From Mytilus trossulus (Eukaryota): 64,000 nt of DNA. Positions 41,289 through 53,345 of this stretch are shown here, in pieces; the first letter of the stretch is position 1, and each line of letters opens with the position of its first letter. Both the position numbers and the translations under genes were made by a program. The DNA lies in assembly GCF_036588685.1 (NCBI RefSeq), contig NC_086386.1:60698001-60762000 (forward strand). Direction: 5' to 3'. The notes under the pieces are model-generated. The model had not been told where the DNA came from. It worked only from the letters and a program-made list of their open reading frames with translations, and ran no database searches.

Positions 41289-41850
41289 AAAAAGAGGGAC
41301 GAAAGATACCAGAGGGACAGTCAAACTCATTAATCGGAAATAAACTGGCATTGCAATGGCTAAAATTAAAATAAAAAGACAACAAGACAAACAATAGTAC
41401 ACATGACACAACATAGAAAACTAAGGAATAAGCAACACGAACCCCACCAAAAACTGGGGGTGATCTCAGGTGCTCCTGAAGGGTAAGCAGACCCTGCTCC
41501 ATATGTGGCACCCGTCGTGTTGCTCATGTCAAATCCGGTAAATAGTATAATTCGGTGGGTCACATTCATGAGAGGGAATGGGATTGTAGTTACGACGAAA
41601 GGATCATATCCGATATCATCTGTGAAAAGGTTATTCCATAACGGTCAACCAACTTGTGATGGCGTCCGTAAAATTTACGAAGGGATAATTTCAACTTCAC
41701 CATTTGAAACTCTTGGTTTAATAGCGTCATTGTGAGCAGCAACCCTCTATCAAGAAAATTATGCTAGGAAATACAAGAACAGAAATATCGTATCAATTGG
41801 GAGATATATACCCCGTATGCAGGTGATGCTGGAATAGTGCTACTTAGAAA
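41289..41850 (-). mobile_element. 5'-truncated copy of Penelope-like family 1
   Basis: Collinear with 1290-1840 and 4838-5380. Confidence 0.75.
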
Positions 41851-42637
41851 TATACGCGAGCTGTGTTTTTTTATACATCGTGCATCCACAGAAATCAAAA
41901 CAGAATACCACATTTTTATTTATCATCAACCTTTCTCATTATAACATGTTAAGAAAACTTCAAATATCAGTACTCAAGTCTGACAGAAAAGAATGCCAAA
42001 AAGCAAACTACTTAGTATTAGAAATGGAAATGAAAAAGTTAAACATTGCACATATTCGAAATGAAATGAGACTATGTACATGTACCTGAACAAAAATCAT
42101 CTTGTATGCTGTCGGGAATTTAGCGTGAATATATACATGTTAACGTTGCTACTTGACTTATGAATATTATGACGTTACTCTATAGCAATGGCTAGACGTT
42201 AGAATAAACACGATCTATACACAACGCATTTTATCTACTTTACACAACATTTATGGTGCCGTGACTGTCGGAAACAATGGAATCGAAGTTAAAAGCAGTA
42301 CGTAGAGGACACAGAGGACAAGTTACAAAGTTATTCAAGAAATTTGATGAGATTGAGAAGAATTCGGACTTAGACAAAGACGATGTGAAACTAATTTCGG
42401 ATGCAGTTGAACAGAAACAGAGGACTATCGTGGATTTGAATGAAAAGATACTGGATTTAATGTCGGAGGAGGATGTAGAAGAGGAAATTCAAGAGTCTGA
42501 TGAGTATATGTTTAATTTAGAGTCCAAACTTCGGAAAATTAGAAAAATATATTCTAATTCTATTTCTCAAAATGTCGCATCAACGTCTCTAGATCCAAAT
42601 GCAAATAGTTTTCTACCATCTTACCCCACAAATTTAT

Positions 42638-45600
42638 TAGGCGAGTGATATAAGAGCCAAATTTACATTTTTAATGCACCTACCTAACACACGGCTAAAT
42701 TATATATCACTGGAAAGCTAAGAATGTGTACTTTCTAAATATCCCGGTCGTCAAAAGAAATTATGGTGCATTTTTTTTTAAATCGAGGTCAAAGGTCATG
42801 GGTGCAATTTCATTTCAAGGATACTTCCCGTAGAAAAATCGAGTCGAAACATATGCAAAAACGAAACAATTTTATAGGAATGCTGTATTACTGTTGGAAA
42901 AATATATTTCTATCATAGTATTAATTAATTTTGGTTGATTTTAACGGTAACGCATGTAATGTAACGTTTTCTCTCGGAGTCTTTGAAAATCAACCATAAA
43001 GTCACACAAATGTATCTGTAGTCGCCCTTGCATTATCTAAATCTTTTAATACCTCCATATCATTTGATTGTACGTATTAACAAACATATATCTGTAAATT
43101 TGATGTAAATAATCAGAAACAAAATATTTGAAACAAGGGGAAAATATAACATATGACGTATTTTTAATTGTTTAGAAAAGTCCAATGATGAGCTGTACAA
43201 TAAAATTGAGGAAGCGTTTGGTCTACTCTTAATATGAAAACCTGCCAACCGCTTTACGATCAGACAACCGTAGGGCAGATTTTGTTTTATTATTGTAGTG
43301 CAATATGTTGAGTCTGGATCATACCGCAATTTCATTTACATCACTGAATCAGATATGATAAGAGTACTAACTAACATTACTAAAGTGAGCAAAGGGCTTC
43401 TAGTATATTTATATCAACCAATTAATATAATACATCACAAGGAAAATATTATCACTCATTGTACGTCAAACTGTGTTTGATTTTACTTTAGTCGGCCGCC
43501 GTGTATCTTGAGATATCATATTAATCAAACAACATTTAATTTAAGAAGTTTGTACTTTTTTTTAAATAACGCTAGTGATGACGTTCGGCTACTTTGGCAA
43601 TAAGTATTACTTTTTTATATCTTGTTTCAACGCTTTAAAAGGGAGGACAAGAATATTCTAATATTGAACCTTTTATTTGGCTTTCTTATGTTAAACTCCC
43701 GTTAGCGTATAACCTAAATGGTCGAAACGTCGGACCAATGAGATGTTGGACAATTTAGGTGTCGGAATATGGCGATATCGGAATATTATAGCTTCATCTT
43801 AACTTGTAATCTCATCATTCTTATCGGTCAACATATCCATACAAAGACAACTTCATTTGCATGTGGATATATCAGTACAGCAGGGGTTTAGCTCAAAGAG
43901 GACACAAGATCTACTATATACAGATTGAATTAAAAATTGGGAATGGACACGAGGGATTTGTCAAAGAGACACCAACCCGTTCAAAAAGCAGGTAACAGCT
44001 GAAGACCACCAATGGGTCATCAATGCAGCAAGAAAGTCCGAAACCCGGAAGCGTTCTTCAGCTGGCCTCTAAACAAAAATGTACCAGTTTGAAATGATAA
44101 TGGACGTCATAAGCTTCGAAATATATTATAGAAATTCATATAAAAAATCATACAAAACTAAGAAAGGCCAGAGGCTCCTGACTTGGAACCGGCGCAAAAC
44201 TGCGGCAGGGTTAAACATGTTTTTGGAAATCTCAACCCTCCCCCTATACCTATACCAATGCATGAACAGATCAAATCTTGTAGATAGTAGGATGACATGA
44301 TACCGGACCGATGTTACCTTTTAGCAAACCAAAGTCATACAGAGACTTATTGTTTCTGTAGTTTGGTCGACATTGTCTTGGATAAAATTTTGACTCCAAG
44401 AAGAAAACTAATGCCATGTAGAATGTATGCCCCATTTTCTAATCTCCTGGTCAGTCAAACTGGTTAACAGTTATCAAAGGTGTGTCCATAAAAACGGTGC
44501 ATTTGTAATGATAAAACTAAATCAAAAAGAGTAAAACAAATATTTATAGATAACATACATTTTACTAAAGCCATCTAAGAACTTTGTCAATAGGAATATC
44601 GTATGCTTTATTAACTGTCGCAGATGCACCACCATCAAAAAGACAATACCGCAATGTTTTTAAAGCAGGTGGCATATAAATTTCAATTGAATAATCCAGT
44701 GAAATGTTTTTAGATAATGGATATTCATCTGATTGAATAACAACTTTACCCTATATCTGCTTCCGTAAAATACTAGTAGCTGCATAAAGTGCTTGCAGCC
44801 AGTTTCGCAGTCACTGCTCAGATCTTTATAATTGACAGACTGTATATCGCAGTCATTTTAGACGGGTAATTTTATGTCATTACGGCATAGGACAAAATTA
44901 TAGAGCTACTGTATACAATATTGGATGTACCTTTGCCTTGTTGAGGCTGTATATATGTAACTATAAAATTGACCATATGTTTTTAGTTTTTGTTGAATCT
45001 GCAGTTTTCTCGGCGGCGATCCTCGGGCAGAAACTAAGCCCGGTTAACTGATCAAGTAATTAAAAAATAGCTCTTGACTTTCTGATTTCAAATTTTGTAG
45101 CAAACATTTAGCGATGCAAGCTCGATAGTAAAAAGATTTAATAGTAAAATTGTCATGAGTTATTTTTTAAATCAGATCATTGTAGGAGATATATGTAGTA
45201 ACACACAATACAGCTTGAGTTTGCTCCTCAGATGATACCTTACGAAGTTGTTTTATAACATAAACGGTACCAATTTTCCTGCACCAGATGCGCATTTCGA
45301 CAATACATGTCTCTTCAGTGATGCTCGTGGCCAAAGTATTTGATATCCAAAGCTTATATAAAAGGTGAAGAGCTATAATCCAAAAGGTCTAACAGTATAG
45401 CCAAATCTGTGAAAGGAGTCAGAGCTTTGCATGAGGGAGATACATTCCTTACTTTATAAAAATTTCTAACATTGTGTAAGAGAAAATTTTAATAACACAA
45501 AAAAATCCGTATTTTCATGGCAGTACCGAAGTACTGGCTACTGGTACTTACTTATAGGCTTTATACATTTGCAAAATATACAAACAGAAAATCAGAATGA

Positions 45601-46590
45601 GTTGTAGATCTACTTGCCCTCGTTGATATATGAGAAGAGACTGGTCGGTAGAATTTGTAGTTTCTATGTAGTAAATACATGACAGACTATGGATCTGTGT
45701 CAATCAATTGATAGTTTTTTTTTTGCTTTTTAACTAGGAAGGGTTTCATTGTGAACTGGACTGTGAAAATTTGACACAACTCGGAAGATTTTTTACAATT
45801 TTCCGATACGATTCCTGTTTTAGAAAGGGGTGAATTCTACAGAACTCAAAAACGATGTTTTACTTTGATTTTATCTTAATTTCGGACAATTTTATATCTA
45901 TTTAGGCTACACTGAAGTTAAAGATCGAAAAAGAACCGTTTAAATATGAATTATCGTACTCTAATAGCACTATTAAGTACACGGAAATCGACTAATTTAT
46001 TCAGTAAAAAACGATAACGAAATAGATAAGGGATTCCGGAAACTATAGTGATTTTCCCCAACATCATAAAATTACAGAAATTCGTGATTTTAAGAAATGA
46101 AAGGATAAAGTCTTGATCTTGAATGAAAAAAACGATAACTGATGAGTAATTTGGTGTGTTCTAAAACGGATAGAGTGCAAACGCATTTAATAAAAATTTA
46201 ATTGTAGATCCGAAAAGGTCAGGATTATGAAAATTTTCGTACAAAATGTCAAATATTTAGAAGGAATGCAAAAGCATGCGGACTTACAGGTGTAAATATT
46301 GTTATTCATTATCTTAAGAATCGAATTCATTTAATTATTCTGTCTAAAAGAAGAGATACGACTAATTTGCTTTGCTTGAACAATATGTCGTAATTTTATA
46401 ATTTAAATTTCAACTAATTTCTGAAATAAACGTCATTTTTACAAAAACTGCACCGTACGATTTTGTGACGACCGGGCAAAAATCAAAGTTAAATCATTTT
46501 TCTTTCATTTAAAAAAGAAATTAGCCGTGTGTTAGGTGGGTGCATTAAAGTCCTTAACTAGACGTCTTTTTCAAATATTACACTCGCCTA
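42638..46590 (-). mobile_element. Academ-like DNA transposon, degenerate, nested in BEL gag
   Basis: Termini TAGGCGAGTG...CACTCGCCTA with imperfect sub-terminal inverted repeats (ttaatgcacc.acctaacacacggctaa); TAT 3-bp TSD; minus-strand remnants ALYAATSILRKQI, DEYPLSKNIS and FIQDNVDQTTET at about 44340-44800. Confidence 0.7.
45281..45324 (-). ncRNA. Minimal type-I hammerhead ribozyme (family 2)
   Basis: GCAUCA-CUGAAGA-GACA(UGUAU)UGUC-GAAA-U(GCGC)A-UC-UGGUGC; AUC triplet; stems fully paired. Confidence 0.88.
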
Positions 46591-47018
46591 TATCGCTTAC
46601 CAATGCCAATGTTATACGCAGCAATGAAACTGAAATTAATGTTCAGCCAACCAATTTTGATAACTTCCGCTCCATGCAAAATACCCATCGTGACTTGCAG
46701 TCTACAAATAACTTGTACAACCAAGGCTTTTAATCGGTATCAAATAGCAGTCAAAACCACAGATTACCTAAACTTGATTTACCGCACTTTGATGGGGAAA
46801 TTTTACAATGGCAAACCTTTTGGGATTCCTATGAATCAACTATTCATTTCAACAGTACTTTGACTGAGGTACAGAAATTTAGTTACTTGAAGGCCCAACT
46901 CCATGGCCATGCCGCCCAAACTATTGAAGGTTTCGCACTCACAAATGCCAATTACACCACTGCCGTTAATTTGCTCAAAGAGCGTTTTGGATAGCCTCAC
47001 AAGATTATTCATGCCTAC

Positions 47019-48578
47019 ATGAAAGCTTTAATGGATCTTCTTTCACCGTCAAATGATTTGAACAGCCTAAGAAGGTACGAAGACCACCTAGAAACGTACG
47101 TAAGAGGTCTTGAATGTTTGGGTCAAACACAAGAAATGTATGGCGCGCTATTAGTACCTATAATTATTAGTAAACTACCAGTTGAAACGAGAAAAAGTAT
47201 TGCCCGTGAATATGATAGCGATCATATAACTCTTAACAACCTCAGAAAAGCCATCACGAAAGAAGCGAGAATTCTTGAAGCAGGGCAATTTACCGATCGC
47301 GACAGTTTACATACTACCGCAACATTTCTAACCGAAGCTCGTTATAAAACACAGCGAAATTTCAATACAAACAATCCACGTTTTAATGACAAAAAACGTC
47401 CATGCATCTACTGCACTGGTATACATTTTCCGGGAGATTGCACGATAAGTTCTGACGTGAATGAAAGACTGAACATCGTAAAGCAAAAGAAAAAATGTTT
47501 CAACTGTCTAGGAAACCACGGTGTTTCCGAGTGTAAATCACGTAACCGATGTAAGAAATGCAACAAGAAACATCACACCAGTATTTGCGGGGAACAAGCT
47601 ACAGATGGAAAAGAACAGGAGAGCAAGGAGAAATCAACCGTTGTAGGTTTGGTAAGAACAGAAGAACCAGAAACCGCAGTAATGTATACCTCACAACACA
47701 CAAGCGTTTTATTGAAAACAGCTATCGCACCAATAGCATACGGGAAACGGATCACAGAAGCTAGTATTTTATTTGACGAAGGTGCCAAACGGTCATTCAT
47801 TACTCAGAGCATAGCAGACAAATTACAGATAAGACCAAGCGGAAGGGACACAATTGAACTGTCAGCTTTTGGAGACAAGGAGAATAATATACGCCATTTG
47901 GATACAGCAACCGTTCAACTACACACTGACAAAGGTGAGATTGTAAGCATTAATGCATTGCTTGTTCCAGATATTGCAGTCCCACTTCAAAACCAGACGA
48001 AATACTTTACACGCAATTTGCCATACTTGAAAGATTTAAAGCTCGCACATCTGGCAAATAACGCTGATAGCTTTGAAATTACACTCTTGATAGGAGCCGA
48101 TTACTATTGGGATATAGTTCAAGATCACGTGATAAGAGGGAATGGACCTACAGCCGTAGCATCAAAACTTGGTTACTTGTTATCTGGACCGGTAATAAGA
48201 AACGGAGAGAAATCCTTGACTTCATCAGTTCTTCTGAATGTTACTTCACACCATGCAGAGGAAAGCGAGATCGATAATTTGTGGAATCTAGAATCGTTAG
48301 GAATACGTTTACCACAAGACGATGAGGAGAGTTTTGTAAAGACTTATCAACAAGACTGTATCAAATTTGAAAACGAACGTTATTCTGCCAAGTTGCCATG
48401 GAAACTGGATCATCCGGATCGCCCTATACTGTACCCGCTCGAAATCCAAACCAACGTTAACAATTTAGATGACAAAAATGATGATACTTCAACAGAGAGA
48501 TTGACACGAGTTCTACCAAATCGAGAGACATCTGTCCGAGCTCGAGAGAACATAAAGAAATGGACTAACCAAAAGTGA
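47019..48578 (+). pseudogene. BEL/Pao gag-protease ORF remnant (5' gag pieces at 42277-42637 and 46594-47018)
   Basis: CIYCTGIHFPGDC, CFNCLGNHGVSEC, CKKCNKKHHTSIC; protease; YSAKLPWK joined directly to the C-terminal LYPLE motif; stops upstream. Confidence 0.85.
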
Positions 48579-48990
48579 ACTAATAGCTGACAATTTTATT
48601 TGAATAGACTTCGTTCAAAGTGAAAAATTAATAAGTGAATTATTTGAATTTGTTTTAGAAAGACAATTAATTATTTAATTTTCTGTAATATCTATTCGAT
48701 TGACATTTAAAGTAATTAATAATTTCATATTTTAACTTTTGCCGGCCCCGAGAATGTCGGGAATTTAGCGCGAATATATACATGTTAACGTTGCTACTTG
48801 ACTTATGTATATTATGACGTTACTCTATAGCAATGGCTAGACGTTAGAATAAACACGATCTATACACAACGCATTTTATCTACTTTACACAACATATGCA
48901 TATGTCATCCTTGTTTTCCAATACAATAATTGCACTCAATAGATTATGATAATAACATAAAAATTATTATGTTGTATATATCATATTTTA

Positions 48991-51900
48991 TTATTTTGAA
49001 CAAACGACGCATGTTAGTGGGTAATTGTTAATGTATGGTGGACATTTCAGAGATCCGCATTTCGTTACAACGTTATATAAGAGTTTACCAAGATGTTGAT
49101 CAACACCTCCGATAATATACTCTGGCTGTATGTCAACACAAACGTAAGCAGTAGCAGATGCATCCCCATAATATCCAGAAGCTAAATATCCATGAAATTC
49201 CATCTTCCAGCCACTGTAACATGTATTCTTTCCAGGAATCATTATAACAGACGTAGCTTGAGTCGTTCTACAGAGAGCACAAGGGACATCCTCATCGTCA
49301 GCATTGGAAGCAAAAAAGTTGGAGTTAAATTCTGCACCGTACATTCGTCCATGATCTGATCCACTGGTCTTTTCATAATTTGGATCAGGTGGTAAACAAA
49401 CGTATTCAGAAGCGCTGCCTGATTCACTATACTGGCCACCACCAGCATAACCTGTGAAGTAAAATTGACCATGCATTCTCTTAACAAAACTTTTTGTTTT
49501 AAATACTAAGGCTTGTCTACCTAAGGAATATATTTCATTTGCTGCATTTGACAAAACCTTGACTGAATTTTGGTCCTCAATGCTCTTCAACTTCGTATTT
49601 TATTGCCATTTTAACTTTCTCGGAGGGAATTGGGCATCACTGATGAGTCTTTTGCAAACGAAACGCGCGTCTGGCTTTAAATACATAATTCAACCGTGGT
49701 ATTTATGATGAGTTAATACACAAAACGTTGTTTGAATAAAAGTTTCGATAAATATAAAAAGATTTTCTCATTTTTAGGCTTCCTTTACGTGAAAGCATAA
49801 AACCAGCATATATGTTCAAACGGTGTCAAACGGCTGCTATAATACAATTTCTTAAAATTTACAATGAAAAACTGATACAACTGTTATAATCACAATGTTT
49901 TTTTCTTGATCGATAACACTTATTCTCGTTGCGCGGTTAAAACAGTTAATATTATGTACATAATATAGTACTTTGAAAACAGCAGTGTTGTGATATAAAG
50001 ACTGCGAAATGTCAATTGTTTTGTTTTGAACGAACGTTGAAGTCAAAAATACATACTGTATCAATGCATATATATATATATATATACAACTCGTCTAAAC
50101 ATCAACCCAACAATGTTAAATCTGTAAATTTGCTTTCGCAAATTTTTGGTTCTTCCCTCGGCGGGATTCGAACCCATGCTACTGTGATATCGTGACGCCA
50201 AATCGCCTGCACTGCAGCCGTCCCGCTAGACCACACAACCACTTGGGCTCTCAAAAAAAAGAGCTTTCGCTGGCCGTGTGTTACCTTGCCACGTCAGTTT
50301 TAATCTAGCGGCGTACTACAGTACATGATATATAAGGCATGCAGATGTTAATGTTACAGATCAGCTAAATTATCTATAGTAAAGGATCCTAGAGTTGTAC
50401 TCAGACGTACTTATATATATATACATTATGTACACAGCCATGTATCACCATCATTGATGGCGATCCGATGGATACATCTGTTGTAGAGTTGTCACTGACT
50501 CAGACGTACTTATATATATATATATATGTATGGGAATTAAGATCCATTATGTTACATCTTGTGATCAATTTGATTCGGCAATCTCCAATGGCAGTCAGCA
50601 GGGTTAAAGAACATCAGTTGTTAGAACTGTTAGTCAAATGCGTTTTGTTTAAATATACTTTTTCACTTTTTTTGGTCTTTTGGAAAATGTTATTTGTGCT
50701 GTTTATAGACCCTTCTTCAACGAAATTTGTTTACATGCACACGTATAAAAATTGCGGTTTTTATCCAACGCAATCATAGCCTAGGTTTGAACGTAGTTTT
50801 CAATTTAGACTCGTATATATGAGAATAATATACAGTTAACTACTACAAATAGATACAGAAACAGTCTTGACCAAGGGCCGAAAGGAAAAGTCGAATCAGT
50901 ATCCTCTTTTAGTGCACATCATTTTTCGCAAAGATATTTTCGCAAAGATATTTTCGCAAATAAAGTGTTATAGCTATACTAAAAGATATATAAATATATT
51001 CCATTAAAAATGATAGCATTTTCAGAATAAAGCGCCACCTGATTCATACAACAACTCAACTCAATTATCACAAAACTTTTTTAGAGTCTATTGTCGTGCT
51101 ACAATCTAAGCTTTATAAATCAGTGTACATTGGTCTACTCGAAGTATTAAATCAGCCTTAGCAAGAAAGTGGTCAAAATATTTCTGAAACTGTAACCGAA
51201 ATCAAAAATCTTTAAAAATAATAAATGTCAATCTTAATGCACCAGCTCCAGATGCGAATTTCAGTTATTAATGTCACGATAGTGATACATGTATTTGCGG
51301 ACAAAATAAATGATAGACCAATGCTTTGAACAAATATTCCTTGCATATTTTATGACGTGTTTTTAAAATAAAAATATCTGTTCATCTCCGCTTTTTGATG
51401 ATTGTTCTAGCTAGATATACGTACGGACATAATTCAAGCATTAATAATATATGATACATCTAATCAATCATATTTTTCTACCTGAATAAACTAATTCTGT
51501 ACGATTACTTGGGCACTGCTTTCTTCCCCATCTGATATAAGTTGCGCCAAAATCTGAAATCGACATGATGATGTTTGTTGTTTAGTTGAGGTTCTGTCAA
51601 CATACTTATACATTGCAAATTAGTTTTATTTTGTATGAAAAAAAGTTATAACGTGATTCTCGGAGATAAATATTGTCTGAAGTACTTTGTTCTGATGGTT
51701 CTACAAGTTTTACAATTGCATATACCTCAGACCTTTAGGTGCGAGATAATATATATAAAGTGTTCAGAGGTCAAATGTTTTTCACCATTTGAGATAACGC
51801 AATACATAAACAAATTTCTTATTTCTACTGAAGATAGTTCTTGTCTGCATTAAATTAAATGTTTGCATAAAATTCAGAATTTCTGTTAATTTCTGTATAT

Positions 51901-53345
51901 CATGCAATTATTATGAAGTTAATTTATGATTTACATTTTTTGGAAATTCACTGCTTAAATACAGATATGAAATTTTGCACGATAAATTATTTGGCTACAA
52001 AAGGAAAAATACACGAAGTTTCAAGTTTCAATCTTAACTACAATCCCCTTCCCTTTCATGAATTCGACATACCGAATTAGACTATTTACCGGATTTGTAA
52101 TCACATAAGCAACACGACGGGTGCCGCATGTGGAGCAGGATATGCTTACCCTTCCGGAGCACCTGCGATCACCCCTAGTTTTTGGTGGGGTTCGTGTTGT
52201 TTATTCTTTAGTTTTCTATGTTGTGTCATGTGTACTATTGTTTTTCTGTTTGTCTTTTTCATTTTTAGCCATGGCGTTGTCAGTTTGTTTTAGATTTATT
52301 AGTTTGACTGTCCCTTTGGTATCTTTCGTCCCTCTTTTCAATACATAATGATAACTCAGTTTATTTCTAACTATACGTAATGGGATTTGATCATTGTTTA
52401 AGGTCGTACGGTGACCTATATTTGTTCATTTCTGTGTCATTTGGTCTCTTGTGCAGATTTGTCTCATTGGCAATCATACCAATCTTCATTTTTATGTATA
52501 ATGTTTAATAAATTCATTTTTAAGCGATAAAGTTATGCAAATATTTTCACTTTTTTTCTTCAAAATAACCATAATGAACTGACCAAATTTAGACTTTAAC
52601 TTTGACTTTTAATTAAATTCGGGCCTCACATACGTTTCAAAAATTATTTTTTTAATTTTTGAACAGCAGTATACTACTGTTGCCTTTATTTATATGAAAT
52701 ATTAAGGGACATTTTTTGCTTGAAGACTGTATTATGATCAATCGAAGATTTGAATAAACAGAGCACATGCGTATGATATAACTTCTCAAGTTTCTTAATT
52801 TAAGTATGTTTCTACACAGATATCGTTATCCTTAATGAAAATGACCTTTTATGATTACTATATTATATAGTTTGTCAATTTGTTTTTGTAATGATAAGGC
52901 AATGATAATTTTTATTTCAATGTTCAAAGAAAAAATGCAAGAAAAATAATCGAAAACTATTCTATTTCTTAAAATATTCACTTAATAGATTATGTTCAGA
53001 ATTTTTATGATATATATTTTATGACTTCAGAGTCTTACTTTGAGTGCTGCTTACTGATCCTTGTACTTGTTTAATAGTCTTCTCGAATTGGTTGATCAAT
53101 GCCTGTTGTTGTTGGATTGAAGTCTGTTGTTGCTGAATAATTTTCTCTTGCTGCTGATTTGTTACTGTCTGTTGTTGGTTTTCAGTAGTTAACTGTTTAA
53201 CTGTAGCATTAAGTATCGCCACGATATTTTCAACTCGGTTCAGCCGATTAACCAATACATCTGGATCATTGAGCAGTATTCTCTTTTCTTCTGTGCTGAC
53301 CAGATAAACCTTAAAACAAAGAAAATATATTAACCACAATATCAT
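48991..53345 (-). CDS. Paralog F, intact: secreted coiled-coil + short-chain collagen C4-like domain protein, 279 aa. join(53039-53345, 51482-51553, 48991-49451)
   Basis: MILWLIYFLCFKVYLVSTEEKR...; exons 307+72+461 nt in frame, canonical splice sites, no stops. Confidence 0.9.
49634..49677 (+). ncRNA. Hammerhead ribozyme family 1; core intact, stems partly mispaired
   Basis: GCAUCA-CUGAUGA-GUCU(UUUGC)AAAC-GAAA-C(GCGC)G-UC-UGGCUU; in intron 2 of paralog F, antisense to the gene. Confidence 0.7.
50087..50510 (-). mobile_element. Repeat containing a tRNA(Leu/Ser-like)-derived segment, embedded in (TA)n
   Basis: The minus strand of 50153-50248 has A-box-like TGGTTGTGTGGTCTAG and B-box GGTTCGAATCCC; (TA)n tracts on both sides. 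Confidence 0.6.
52037..52340 (+). mobile_element. 3' end of Penelope-like family 1
   Basis: Reverse complement of 4838-5130; in intron 1 of paralog F. Confidence 0.7.

Larger units (their letters stand above)
42110..48894 (+). mobile_element. BEL/Pao LTR retrotransposon, internally deleted (non-autonomous)
   Basis: 140-bp TG..CA LTRs at 42110-42249 and 48755-48894 (2 mismatches); TATGC 5-bp TSD; PBS TGGTGCCGTGACT (tRNA-His-like) at 42254-42266; gag with RLPKLDLPHFDG..WQTFWD, three Cys-His knuckles and an aspartic protease (LFDEGAKRSFIT). Confidence 0.93.

Noticed and set aside
46139-46175. CTGATGAG suggesting another hammerhead (also at about 790)
   Set aside because: No paired stem II followed by GAAA and a stem III/UH triplet.
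50153-50248. Possible tRNA gene
   Set aside because: A/B boxes are present but the acceptor and anticodon stems do not pair; treated as a tRNA-derived repeat.
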